NCBI GenBank assembly: GCA_950097015.1
Contig: CATNEN010000008.1
Location: forward strand, 620,001 to 684,000
Direction: 5' to 3'
DNA from: Macrostomum hystrix
Lineage: Eukaryota > Animalia > Platyhelminthes
DNA length: 64,000 bases
In this document: piece by piece, positions 1-12,107 of the stretch
Numbering within the stretch: position 1 is the stretch's first letter
Layout: each line of letters begins with the position of its first letter
Position numbers and translations under genes: made by a program
Notes under the pieces: generated by a model
The model's database searches: none
Seen by the model: only the letters and a program-made list of their open reading frames with translations
What the model was told of the DNA's origin: nothing

Positions 1-1945
1 TCTCACATCTACTATGTCTTATCTCTCCAGTGTCTCATCTCTCACATCTACTATGTCTTATCTCTCCAGTGTCTCATCTCTCACATCTACTATGTATTAT
101 CTCTCCAGTGTCTCATCTCTCCCATCTACTATGTATTATCTCTCCAGTGTCTCATCTCTCCCATCGACTATGTCTTATCTCTCCAGTGTCTCATCTCTCA
201 CATCTACTATGTATTATCTCTCCAGTGTCTCATCTCTCACATCTACTATGTCTTATCTCTCCAGTGTCTCATCTCTCCCATCTACTATGTCTTATCTCTC
301 CAGTGTCTCATCTCTCCCATCTACTATGTCTTATCTCTCCAGTGTCTCATCTCTCCCATCTACTATGTATTATCTCTCCAGTGTCTCATCTCTCACATCT
401 ACTATGTCTTATCTCTCCAGTGTCTCATCTCTCACATCTACTATGTCTTATCTCTCCAGTGTCTCATCTCTCACATCTACTATGTCTTATCTCTCCAGTG
501 TCTCATCTCTCACATCTACTATGTCTTATCTCTCCAGTGTCTCATCTCTCACATCTACTATGTCTTATCTCTCCAGTGTCTCATCTCTCCCATCTACTAT
601 GTATTATCTCTCCAGTGTCTCATCTCTCACATCTACTATGTCTTATCTCTCCAGTGTCTCATCTCTCACATCTACTATGTCTTATCTCTCCAGTGTCTCA
701 TCTCTCACATCTACTATGTCTTATCTCTCCAGTGTCTCATCTCTCACATCTACTATGTCTTATCTCTCCAGTGTCTCATCTCTCCCATCTACTATGTATT
801 ATCTCTCCAGTGTCTCATCTCTCCCATCGACTATGTCTTATCTCTCCAGTGTCTCATCTCTCACATCTACTATGTATTATCTCTCCAGTGTCTCATCTCT
901 CACATCTACTATGTCTTATCTCTCCAGTGTCTCATCTCTCCCATCTACTATGTCTTATCTCTCCAGTGTCTCATCTCTCCCATCTACTATGTCTTATCTC
1001 TCCAGTGTCTCATCTCTCCCATCTACTATGTATTATCTCTCCAGTGTCTCATCTCTCACATCTACTATGTCTTATCTCTCCAGTGTCTCATCTCTCACAT
1101 CTACTATGTCTTATCTCTCCAGTGTCTCATCTCTCACATCTACTATGTCTTATCTCTCCAGTGTCTCATCTCTCACATCTACTATGTCTTATCTCTCCAG
1201 TGTCTCATCTCTCCCATCTACTATATCAATTTATCTCTCCAGTGTCTCATCTCTCACATCTACTATGTCTTATCTCTCCAGTGTCTCATCTCTCCCATCT
1301 ACTATGTATTATCTCTCCAGTGTCTTATCTCTCCAATCTACTATGTCTTATCTCTCCAGTGTCTCATCTCTCCCATCTACTATGTATTATCTCTCCAGTG
1401 TCTTATCTCTCCAATCTACTATGTCTAATCTCTCCAGTGTCTAATCTCTCCAATCTACTATGTCTAATCTCTCCAGTGTCTCTTCACTCCCATCTACTAT
1501 GTCTTATCTCTCCAGTGTCTCATCTCTCCCATCTACTATGTATTATCTCTCCAGTGTCTCATCTCTCACATCTACTATGTATTATCTCTCCAGTGTCTTA
1601 TCTCTCCAATCTACTATGTCTAATCTCTCCAGTGTCTCTTCACTCCCATCTACCATGTCTTATCTCTCCAGTGTCTCATCTCTCCCATCTACTATGTATT
1701 ATCTCTCCAGTGTCTCATCTCTCACATCTACTATGTCTTATCTCTCCAGTGTCTCATCTCTCCAATCTACTATGTCTTAATCTCTCCAGTGTCTCATCTC
1801 TCCAATCTACTATGTCTTATCTCTCCAGTGTCTCATCTCTCACATCTACTATGTATTATCTCTCCAGTGTCTCATCTCTCACATCTACTATGTCTTATCT
1901 CTCCAGTGTCTCTTCACTCCAATGGCTTATCTCTCCAGTGTCTCA
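1..1945. repeat. 39-bp tandem minisatellite (TCTCACATCTACTATGTCTTATCTCTCCAGTGTCTCATC)n, in SNRNP200 intron; runs off the window start
   Basis: 39-bp period is directly visible. It produces the repetitive ORFs 14..1444 and 30..2093 and decays at about 1945-2070. Confidence 0.95.
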
Positions 1946-2277
1946 TATCTACCATGTCTCATCTTCTCCGGTGTCTTATATCTACCATGTCTTATCTCTC
2001 CTGTGTCTCATCACTCCAATATCAACTTTCTCCCATGCTCCATCTCTCCCCTGCCTCGTGTGTCTCGTTTTGAAATCCTTTTTTCAAATTTAGCAGCCCT
2101 AAATTACTCGTAAACAGAGTCCTATTTGTCCCTACTCCAGGAGCATAAGTTTCCCATGAAACTTCAACGCGCATTGGAGCCTTGCAAGCATGCTAGCCTT
2201 CGTGCCGTTTATTTATAATCGAACAGTGGAAAAGTGCAATCATAAAACAGCTAGGAAGGGTTATATCAGTGACTCAC

Positions 2278-4153
2278 CGATTCTGTCTGACCAATTTAAT
2301 CAAATCGAAGGCTTCATAGCCGAGTGATTTAACTAATCGATTCTCCAGATCGCGATCGTCTCCGGCAGATTTTAACAATTGCAGACACTCGGCCGCCTTG
2401 GCCTGGGCCGCCACCGGATCAGTGTAGCGCTTGGCCAGCTGACGCTGCAGCCAGAAGGCATCGATGTCGCGCGGATGCAAGCCGCCGCTGCCGGCGCCGC
2501 CAGCTCCGTCGGCGTCAGTTTTTCGACGTCGAATAGCGGCTTCGACGGCAACTTTGGACGAAGCGTCCTTGGCTGCGCCGGTGCCATCGTTGTCGGCGTC
2601 GCCGCCTTCATTGCTGCTTCTGTCTTCATCGTCGTCCTCTTCTTCGTTGATTTCGCCGTAGTCGCCGGCTTCATCATGGGCCTCCTCATCCGAGTCTTCG
2701 AATTGAATGTTGACGCCGTATGTTTCGTCAATTTCGGCGGCTCGCTGATCGACGGACTCCTGGGACTGGCCGCTCCCGCTCCAGTCCGTGGCCTTCTTGG
2801 CCAGGTTAACCAACAAAGCGTACCTGTCCTCGGCTAGGTTGCCTAGCAACGATTCTATTTCTCGTTTTCGCTCCTTATCGCGCAGCTTGTCATCCTTCAT
2901 GGCGGCCAGAACCTGCCGCGTGGGAAAAAGATAAAGGATGTGGGTCAACAGGTAAAGTGTGTGTGTCAACAGGTAAAGTGTGTGTCAACAGGTAAAGTGT
3001 GTGTCAACAGGTAAAATGTGTTTGGTCAAAAGGTAAATTGTGTGAGTCAACAGGTAAATTGTGCTTGGTCAAAAGGTAAATTGTGTGGGTCAACAGGTAA
3101 AGGATGTGTGTCAACAGGTAAAGGAAGTGGGTCAACAGGTACAGTGTGTGGGTCAACAGGTAAAGTGTGTGTGTCAACAGGAAAAGTATGTGGGTCAACA
3201 GGTAAAGTGTGTGTGTCAACAGGTAAAGTGTGTGTGTCAACAGGTAAAGTATGTGGGTCAACAGGTACAGTGTGTGGGTCAACAGGTACAGTGTGTGGGT
3301 CAACAGGTACAGTGTGTGGGTCAACAGGTAAAGTGTGTGTGTCAACAGGAAAAGTATGTGGGTCAACAGGTAAAGTGTGTGTGTCAACAGGTAAAGTATG
3401 TGGGTCAACAGGTACAGTGTGTGGGTCAACAGGTACAGTGTGTGGGTCAACAGGTACAGTGTGTGTGGGTCAACAGGTACAGTGTGTGGGTCAGCAGGTA
3501 CAGTGTGTGGGTCAACAGGTACAGTGTCTGGGTCAACAGGTACAGTGTGTGGGTCAACAGGTAGTGTGTGTCAACAGGTAAAGTATGTGGGTCAACAGGT
3601 AATTTGTGTTTGGTCAAAAGGTAAATTGTGTGGGTCAACAGGTAAAGTGTGTGTGTCAACAGGTAAAGGATGTGGGTCAACAGGTACAGTGTGTGTGTCA
3701 ACAGATAAAGTGGTTAGAAGGGCTTACCTCATCAGCGGCGCCGCAGAGTACATCGCGTGGCTCATCGCCCAGACACTCCTGAATGCAATGCAGCAGTGAT
3801 TCATAGTTGCGCCTAGTCTCAGCAGTCTTTGGCCTATAAAGCAAGCCGGACATGCCGTCATCTTCGGTGGCCAAGACTCCGGCAGCGGCGGCGCCGCGGT
3901 GTTTGCCAACCTCGTAGCGAGTATTCTCGTCTCGCTTGCGTCGTTTAGCCTGTTTCTCTTCAACTCCGGTTGGCTTGGAACGCAGAGCACGGTCGCCCAT
4001 GCGGGTGCCGGTGAGTTTGCCAGATAGAGACTGGACAACTCCAGTGGACTCATCTCTTGGCCGGCGATCTATTAGGCTCTTGTCAGCCTGGGTGACAATG
4101 TTGGAATTCACCCGGTATTCGAACTGCAGATTTCTGGCAGCTTCTCCAGCCAT
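2278..4153 (-). CDS. SNRNP200: U5 snRNP 200 kDa helicase (Brr2), first two coding exons; gene continues beyond window start
   Basis: Exon 4153-3728 encodes [38 protein letters not shown]...[10 protein letters not shown]...[13 protein letters not shown] with a GTAAG donor. Exon 2912-2278 encodes VLAAMKD...[10 protein letters not shown]...[15 protein letters not shown]...[10 protein letters not shown] with a CAG acceptor and GTGAG donor. This matches the conserved Brr2 N-terminus and PWI-like region. Confidence 0.95.
2935..3705. repeat. ~20-22-bp minisatellite (GGGTCAACAGGTA[A/C]AGTGTGT) filling SNRNP200 intron 1
   Basis: Tandem units are visible and occupy nearly all of the 815-bp intron 2913-3727. 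Confidence 0.9.
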
Positions 4154-4339
4154 GACCCGCTTAACTGGCTGCTGAGGTTAATGTCTGATTTGGAATCCGA
4201 TTTGACACCTATCCACCTGATGTCAGCTAGAGCTGCAATTAGAAAATTTAGTTTTCAGTTTAATTCATAATTACAGACAGGGACGGCTCTGACACTAATA
4301 GACGGCCAAATAATGGTATAAACAAAGGTAGGCTGATTA

Positions 4340-5270
4340 GAGAGACAAGGGTAGGTGTCTGAGGGAGACAAGGGTAGGCACCTGAGGGAGACTATGGTAG
4401 GCACCTGAGGGAGACTATGGTAGGCACCTGAGGGAGACTATGGTAGGCACCTGAGGGAAACTATGGTAGGCTGTTCAGGGAGACAATGGTAGGTGTTTGA
4501 GGGAGACTATGGTAGGCACCTGAGGGAGACTATGGTAGGCACCTGAGGGAGACTATGGTAGGCACCTGAGGGAGACTATGGTAGGCACCTGAGGGAGACT
4601 ATGGTAGGCTCCTGAGGGAGTAAAGGGTAGGTGTCTGAGGGAGACAAGGGTAGGTGTCTGAAGGAGACAAGGGTAGGTGTCTGAAGGAGACAAGGGTGGT
4701 GTCTGAGGGAGACTATGGTAGGCACCCGAGGGAGTTAAGGGTAGGTGTCTGAGGGAGAATATCGTAGGCACCTGAGGGAGTTAAGGGTAGGTGTCTGAAG
4801 GAGACTATGGTAGGCACCTGAGGGAGTTAAGGGTATATAGGTGTCTGAGGGAGACTATGGTAGGCACCTGAGGGAGTTAAGGGTAGGTGTCTGAGGGAGA
4901 CTATGGTAGGCACCTGAGGGAGTTAAGGGTAGGTGTCTGAGGGAGACTATGGTAGGCACCTGAGGGAGTTAAGGGTAGGTGTCTGAGGGAGACTATGGTA
5001 GGCACCTGAGGGAGTTAAGGGTAGGTGTCTGAGGGAGACTATGGTAGGCACCTGAGGAAGTTAAGGGTAGGTGTCTGAGGGAGACTATGGTAGGCACCTG
5101 AGGGAGTAAAGGGTAGGTGTCTGAGGGAGACTTTGGTAGGCACCTGAGGGAGACAAGGGGAGGCTGTTTAGGGAGTCAAGGGTAGGCTGTTTAGGGAGTC
5201 AAGGGTAGGCTGTTTAGGGAGTCAAGGGTAGGCTGTTTAGGGAGTCTGAGGGAGCCTATGGTAGGCACCT
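4340..5270. repeat. 23-bp minisatellite (CTGAGGGAGACTATGGTAGGCAC) with an alternating variant forming a ~46-bp dimer
   Basis: Tandem units lie between the DNAJB11 stop and the SNRNP200 start. A/B alternation is seen at about 4785-5140. Confidence 0.9.
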
Positions 5271-6024
5271 GAGGGAGACTCGGTAAGGCTGTTTAAGGAG
5301 ACCAGGCTAGGCTGATAAGTAGCTCGTCAATGAAACAAAAAAGAACGCGGGCCAGAAGTTCGCAAAGTTGTTTTCGTTAGATTTTTTGGGCAGAAAGTGA
5401 TGTCGCAACAAAAGAGAACAATTAAAATAGATAATTAAATAGAAAAGAAGAAGGCAACATAGACGACAGACTCAGAGATAAGAACTAGTCGTAAATAGTT
5501 CATTAAATTACTCCGATATCTTGCTGTCCAGAACTAATAGGCTTGGGCAAGCGGAGAGGAATCGTTTATAGAGGAAATTTAAGCAAGGACTTGTCCGTAG
5601 TAACAAACATGCAATCTCATTTCAAGAATAAGCATCAATTATAGCCAACAGAAACAACAGGATTAAATGAAACAACATTATAGAGCTACCAGAAGCGGCT
5701 GCAATAAATTAACTCTAACCCCAAACCTTATCAGCATACGAAGCCAGCTTAAACCTGCTAGCCCTATGACAGTTGCTAACTGGAGCGAAATAAAACACAT
5801 GATTTGGCACAAATCTTTTTATAAGCAGAATAAGTCGAACTTCATAAAATTATGAAATAACACAATAGAAACTAACCCAAGGAGCGTGTAGTATCAATAT
5901 TGCAAGATGAGAAACAGATCATTTGAGTACAAGCTAGCTTTGCCTTTTCTTCAATCCTACACACAGTGTGTGACCACAAGCTATTTCAAAACTACACTAG
6001 AATTGAGTTAGCATGGGTGAAAAA

Positions 6025-7929
6025 TCAAAGTCCATTGTACACTCGCTGCACAGAGTCCTGTTTTAATAGACGCTTCACAGCCTCCTTATCCTCAGGCGGC
6101 AGGGTCAGGCCTTTAGGAAAGTCCACATCGAATGTAATGAATAGCGAGCCTTTCACATTGTTATTCTCGTAGTTGGGCATACCCTCGTTGGCTTTCCTGA
6201 GCATGGCGCCAGGCCACGTGACCTTTTCGCGAGTCACTCGCACCTTGTGGCCGTCCAGGTGGTCGATGTCCATTGAGAAGCCGTTCAGTGCGTCGACTAG
6301 GGAGATGCTCAGATTAGTGTAGAGATCGTCGCCTCGGCGCTGAAAGCGCGGATGCTTCAATTGGCGAATGCGGAAGCGGAGATCGCCCGGTTCGCCATCA
6401 ATGTGCGGCTCACCCTCGGCTACGAATGGATAAATCTGTTGGGATAATGGGAGGGGGCAGGTGCACTGAACTAATAACTTTTGGCTTCAACTTTGCACGG
6501 CGCAACAACCACTTCTCAAATTGTTCCAGTCGAGACGGGAATCGAACCCCCGACCTTCAAGTCATGAGTCTAACGCTCTAAACACTAAGGCTATAACACA
6601 GTCTAACAGTCTAAAACTGTCTTACACCTAACAGCAGTTTATTAAAGTGCACAAACACACACCTGTCCATCTCGCATTCCGGGCTCAATTTCCAGTTCGA
6701 GCAGTTTCTCCTCGGGCACCAGTACAACATTGTCGCACTCGTCGCAGACCTCCTCCTGGGTCATCTGGAAGCGGCCAGGGCCGAGGGAACGCGTGCGCAT
6801 CTCGTGACGACAGTTGCACCGACGTTTTCCAGAAGCCTGCCGTTTTACCGGCTTGTTGCGCACAATTTCCACGAAATTGCCATTGTACAGCTCCTCCAAG
6901 GTCACCTCAAGGTCAACTACAACGTCGCCGCCGCGCGGTATCTCCCGCTCCTGATTGCCGCCGCCGCCGCCGTGAAATTGGAACATGTCGCCAAAGAAGG
7001 AAGAGAACGGATCGCTTCCGCCACGACCGACGCCGTCTTTAAGGCCTTCTTCGCCGTGGGCGTCGTAAATCTTGCGCTTCTCTTCATCGGACAGTACCTG
7101 GGGATGTTGGAAGGTGTTTGATCCCCATTTCACCCAATTCTCAATCTCCGATCCCCATCTCACCCAATTCTTAATCTCCGATCCCCATCTCACCCAATTC
7201 TTAATCTCCGATCCCCTTTTCACCCAATTCTTAATCTCCGATCCCCATCTCACCCAATTCTTAATCTCCGATCCCCATTTCACCCAATTCTTAATCTCCG
7301 ATCCCCATCTCACCCAATTCTTAATCTCCGATCCCCATCTCACCCAATTCTTAATCTCCGATCCCCATTTCACCCAATTCTTAATCTCCGATCCCCAATT
7401 TCACCCAATTCTCAATCTCCGATCCCCATCTCACCCAATTCTTAATCTCCGATCCCCATCTCACCCAATTCTTAATCTCCGATCCCCAATTTCACCCAAT
7501 TCTCAATCTCCGATCCCCATCTAACTCGACTCCTAATCTGGGATCCCCATTTTACTAATATGCCAATTCTTTGACTACTATTTTACTATTTTCCTAATAT
7601 TCGATACTCATTTTTATCATCTACCAATCCTTAATTCCCATTTCACCCGTTACCGAATATTCGATCCCACTTTACTCATTTCCTAAACTTTGATACTCAT
7701 TACACCTTTTCCTTAACAAGATATGATTTATTTCTTTCTCGATTCAACCACATTTACATATATTTAAATCACCTCATAAGCAGCATTGAGATCCCTGAAT
7801 CGTTCCTCAGCCTTAGGATCGTCGCGATTACGATCCGGATGCAGCTGTTTGGCTAGGCCGCGATAAGCCTTCTTAACCTGGTTGATAGTGGCCGTGCGCT
7901 TCACGCCGAGGATTTTGTAGAAGTCGCGA
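6025..7929 (-). CDS. DNAJB11: ER Hsp40 co-chaperone DNAJB11/ERdj3; exons 7929-7773, 7097-6663, 6435-6025; signal-peptide exon not located
   Basis: J-domain RDFYKILGV...[16 protein letters not shown]...[16 protein letters not shown], a G/F region, Cys motifs RRCNCR and VCDEC, and C-terminus [15 protein letters not shown]...VYNGL*. AG/GT junctions are phase-compatible. Confidence 0.93.
6531..6596 (-). pseudogene. tRNA-like sequence (CAT anticodon loop), degenerate tRNA pseudogene or SINE head in a DNAJB11 intron
   Basis: Minus strand reads TAGCCTTAGTGTTTAGAGCG-TTAGACTCATGACTTGA-AGGTC-GGGGGTTCGATTCCC, with A-box and B-box. The acceptor stem does not pair. Confidence 0.6.
7119..7520. repeat. 30-bp minisatellite (CACCCAATTCTTAATCTCCGATCCCCATCT) in a DNAJB11 intron
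   Basis: About 13 tandem units ending ~21 nt from the acceptor at 7098. Confidence 0.92.
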
Positions 7930-9643
7930 CTGTTTTAAGTTCAAGTGAAATGGGGCTCAATTGTACAAGTCTTGAATCGAAAGAACCAAATTGATGCCCT
8001 TCATACAAAACATGTATTCATATTAGCTGACTATTGAAAAAGTTATTGTGTATAATATGCGGGCCTTTATCTGAATCCAGAATAGCAATATAAAATAAAT
8101 ACATATATATAATATTCAATTTGTTCATTTGTATCATTATTACCAAATTGCAATACAGCAATGTTATTTACTTAAAACACACACTATACGAAAATTGATG
8201 ATCTGTTCACTAAAATAAATTAGCTTAAGTTGTTTCTTAAAGGGTATTTTACCCTACATGCAGGCTGTGCTAGCACTCACTCTGTGTGGGTGTTGGTGGT
8301 ATTTTGTACTCTCCTCTGCTACCTCTACCATTTTTACTTGTAACAATAACTTATGTACAGGGTGGGGCTTTAGCTTCCACCCTAGCCTAGCTGAGCTGTT
8401 AAATATAGTGTAAATAAAATAGCATCAAATAGGTTTTTCTGCACTATTAACAGTTCCTTTACTATACAGACTACTAATATCCAAAAAGTAAAATAATAAG
8501 AAATAGGCCTAACCATCTGTAATTTTTTTAATGTATTCAATGTATGCTTCCAATAGTATTACGGATTTAATAGCTTGTCACTACAGAAAAATAGCCTACT
8601 TATTAAAAAAATTAATCAAATAGTTAAGCTTATAATGCAAATAGAGAAATAAATGGCTATGGACCAGAATTTTTTTATATATACAGATTGAATTTGTTTC
8701 TTTTGCTTTTTATTTTATCTTGACCTATTAGCACTTTCAGTTAAAGATAAACTAGTAAAATGGTCTTTTGTCTTGTAGATATTTATTTTCTTTTTTTAAA
8801 GCAATAAACAACAATATAGTGAGTTAATTAAAACTAAGCTCAAGTTTGACCATATTAAAAATATTACATGTAGCTATAGCTAGAGATATAAGGCTAAATT
8901 GACCATTTAAGCAAAGCTCAAAAGGAGTTTTAAAATGTAATTTTAAAGTGACACGCAAGTTAGGTCTTGAAAACTTGGTTTAGGCCCTATCAATATATGC
9001 AAGGCCTTCATATAGGCCCTTGTTATCCATCAAAGGCAACAAGAGAGCTAGCTATTGTAGTGACTTTTGGTTACGTGATTTGTTTATGATTGTGTGTCTC
9101 CTTTCTAAATCGCTGCACCCCCCTGCCCCTGCTACTCTCCACGATTGTACCCCACCCCCTTTTATCTCTTTCCTTTGTCTGCCTATGTACATCTGAGGCG
9201 GGGTTTAACCCTATCCCTACTATCAATCACTTCTCTCTAACCGCTAGTGTTTAAGTTCAAATATAATGTCTGTCCCTCTGGGCCTTTGTGAGTCATCCCC
9301 CATTGCGCTCTCTATCTCGTTTGAGGTTTGGCTGTAAAGACAGTCTCTTACTACGAAGACTCAATTTATTGCATGGCTTCAACTCGCTTTGCTTTGTAAA
9401 TCATTATCACTTGAAGTAAGGACAGCTATGAACAGTTAAATAGCCCTTGTTTCATCCTATAATAATTACAGCTCATGAACAGCAAAAATTATACTAGACA
9501 TGGCATGCAATTCATGATCTGGACTATAGATATCATATAGATAAAAAACAATACATGGATCATGTATGAATTAAATAAAATCTAGTATTTTAATTTTCTG
9601 ACAATTTGATATTTGTATTGTCTTTCATAAATACACATTTAGT

Positions 9644-10115
9644 GGCAATGTTCTACTTCCGTTCGTTATATTATTTTTTTGTTTGCAAACGACCGATAAT
9701 GACAAAAAAACAAGTTTAACGGTAACAAAAAGTCGTAGTTTGGTCAGACAGTTCTGAAAAGTCTTGGTCAGTCTTTCTTCTTTCAAACCGGGTAAGTGCC
9801 TAATCCAGTAGAGGAGGCGACCGAAGCTATTCTTGGGGTATAGACAGCACCATAAGAATTCTTCGAGGTGGCTTTCGAATAGAGCAGCACTCGTGCCATG
9901 CATTTGACGCAGCTTGGCCTTTCGCAAAATCTTCAGCTGCAGAATTCTGTGCCTTAGCTTCCTGTTTCCCCATATTTGCCAGATTTTGCCATAGACATAG
10001 ATCCAAGTGTCAAGTCACGGCAAAGCCACGTCAGCACAACTTTTCAAACTAAGAATGCACATGTGGCACGAATTCAAACAAAAAATAATATAACGAACGG
10101 AAGTAGAATATTGCC
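9644..10115 (-). mobile_element. Non-autonomous Merlin (IS1595/ISXO2-like) DNA transposon, 472 bp
   Basis: ~41-bp TIRs GGCAAT[G/A]TTCTACTTCCGTTCGTTATATTATTTTTT(T)GTTTG and a perfect 8-bp TSD CATTTAGT (9636-9643 and 10116-10123). The internal minus-strand peptide AKLRQMHGTSAALFESHLEEFLW...FGRLLYWIR resembles a Merlin transposase C-terminus. Confidence 0.85.
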
Positions 10116-12107
10116 CATTTAGTTTACATAATTTTTTATAAATCAAGTGGCTTTTAAGCATGCATATGTACACAGTTTCATTAAATAAATGCAACAATAT
10201 GCAAGGCATTTTCTAAATTTTATATACACTAGCTGTAGCTGCATGTTATTAAGGAAATGACCAACTCTCTAGGTCTCCCAGTTGGCTAGATGAAGTGACC
10301 AATGACAGTCACACTTTACTCCAGTTGACAAAATGACAGTTGACAATCACATTGATTTCACTATGTTAAGCAAAGCATTTTAGTTAACTTAAGCAAACAC
10401 TTAATAATTATTATTCAAAAACCTAATAATTTATGGATACTTACTGGCAATAGCAATTAAAAGATAGTAATAGCTCAAAAAGCACCAATTTGAATTATCT
10501 TACCCTGCGAGTCCATAATCAGTTAGAAGTACTATAAAAACGATAACAATGCAAATTAAAATGCTTTGTCTAAGCATACCCTTCATTGCAAAGCAACCTA
10601 CAATATAGTTAAGAGCAATAGAAGCAACAAATGAGTATCATACAAAATAAAACTAATGAAACTCTCTCTATGCTTCTACTTCAATTTTTTGCTGATCGGG
10701 TGCTCAAAAAGCTGTTATTATGCCCCTTGCTAATTAATAGCTAAGCTACCTATTACCAAAGTAAAACTGTTATGACTATGTTATGCAATGAAATAAAACG
10801 GTATTTTGGCTATGGCTATAGAAATCTTAACAAGAAAAAGTTCAGCAACAATGCTTTGTGCTCGATTTTAAACGAGTTTTAATATTTTTTATAACATAGG
10901 ACCTAAGGTTGGTTTAAATTAGGACAAGATATCTCTATAAAAATGTGTTCTATAAAATAATTGAACAACTCATAAATTTTAAATCACAAACGCGCGCCAG
11001 ATCAAGATTAGTAAAACAGAGTTACATTCATGTTTTAAAGAGTCGACAGAGTATTTAGATAAGTATTTTTCAATAATTTTTTAAAAGTTCTATGCCTTTA
11101 AAATAAATTTAAATAAAATATCTATTTTTGTAAAACGTTATCTTAAACGTGCGATGGCGCTCATTTGATATACCGAGCCGACATAATCGACGCGGGGCTC
11201 AGCCTGGCTAGCCTTCGAATTCGAAAGTACGGCATAAGTACTTCTTATTTCCAGTATTTTTGCTAGATTCTTGTTTAAACTTAACTTCACTAAACTAAAC
11301 TAAACTTAACTTTAATTGTGCTTCTTTCTTACTTATATAGACCTCACTGTAAATGCAAAACAAATATAATCTTTTTTAGTCGAGACTCTTGCGAAAGGTA
11401 GCTTTTGCATAAACTCAGATGCTTGTAATTAAAGGCGAACGCTAAAAAATCTACTAGACAACGTAGACGAAGAAGCAGGAAAGCGAATTACTAATTATTT
11501 TACTGTGTTTTTCGAGATTCTATCCTTTGTCATAGTACAAAAGTAGGACCAATTATATTTAAATATATATTTTAATATAGTATAATGCAATATTATTTTC
11601 GTCATTTTAATTTAGCATGCAACAGCTTTTTGAGGTATAAACAAAACATAATCATTTTTGTCGTAGAGAATGGAAACTAGCTTTTTCATAAATTGTGACT
11701 GACGTTTTCACAGCTACTTAGTATTTTTTAAGTAATTCTAGTGCATTCAAAGTTTTGTTCTTTAAAATTAAAAATCTATCGCACGTACATACATACGATC
11801 GCATATACGTATATTTTATAAATATAGATTTTTTTGTTTATCATGTTGTATTCATAATAATTTTTTTGCATACAACAAGCGTATTCAAAATGTATTCTAT
11901 AGTCATTGGCATATTCTAAGCAAACAAGCTAAGTACTTCACACGTTTAGATGATTTTTAAATACTAACGAGATTTCTTATTCTTTTTAAGCCTCAGTCAA
12001 CACTTACTGCATTATTGCAGCAATGTTATTTTTCACTTTGCCCTTCAAAATGTCGACGCAAACTTGAAAAACATGTTCTATACTGTAATCATTAATTGTT
12101 TTAGCCA

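Noticed and set aside
14-2093. Long ORFs of 476 and 687 aa; similar ORFs at 3.0-3.7, 16.7-17.8, 30.9-32.0, 43.9-45.6 and 48.5-49.5 kb
   Set aside because: These are translations of stop-free tandem repeat units lying in introns or intergenic space. They are open in several frames and have no non-repetitive domain.
2838-2850. Perfect-looking X-box GTTGCCTAGCAAC
   Set aside because: It falls inside a conserved SNRNP200 coding exon (codons for LLGN), so it is explained by protein sequence.
6531-6596. Functional tRNA-Met gene
   Set aside because: The acceptor stem does not pair and the anticodon and T stems have mismatches. Kept only as a pseudogene or SINE head.
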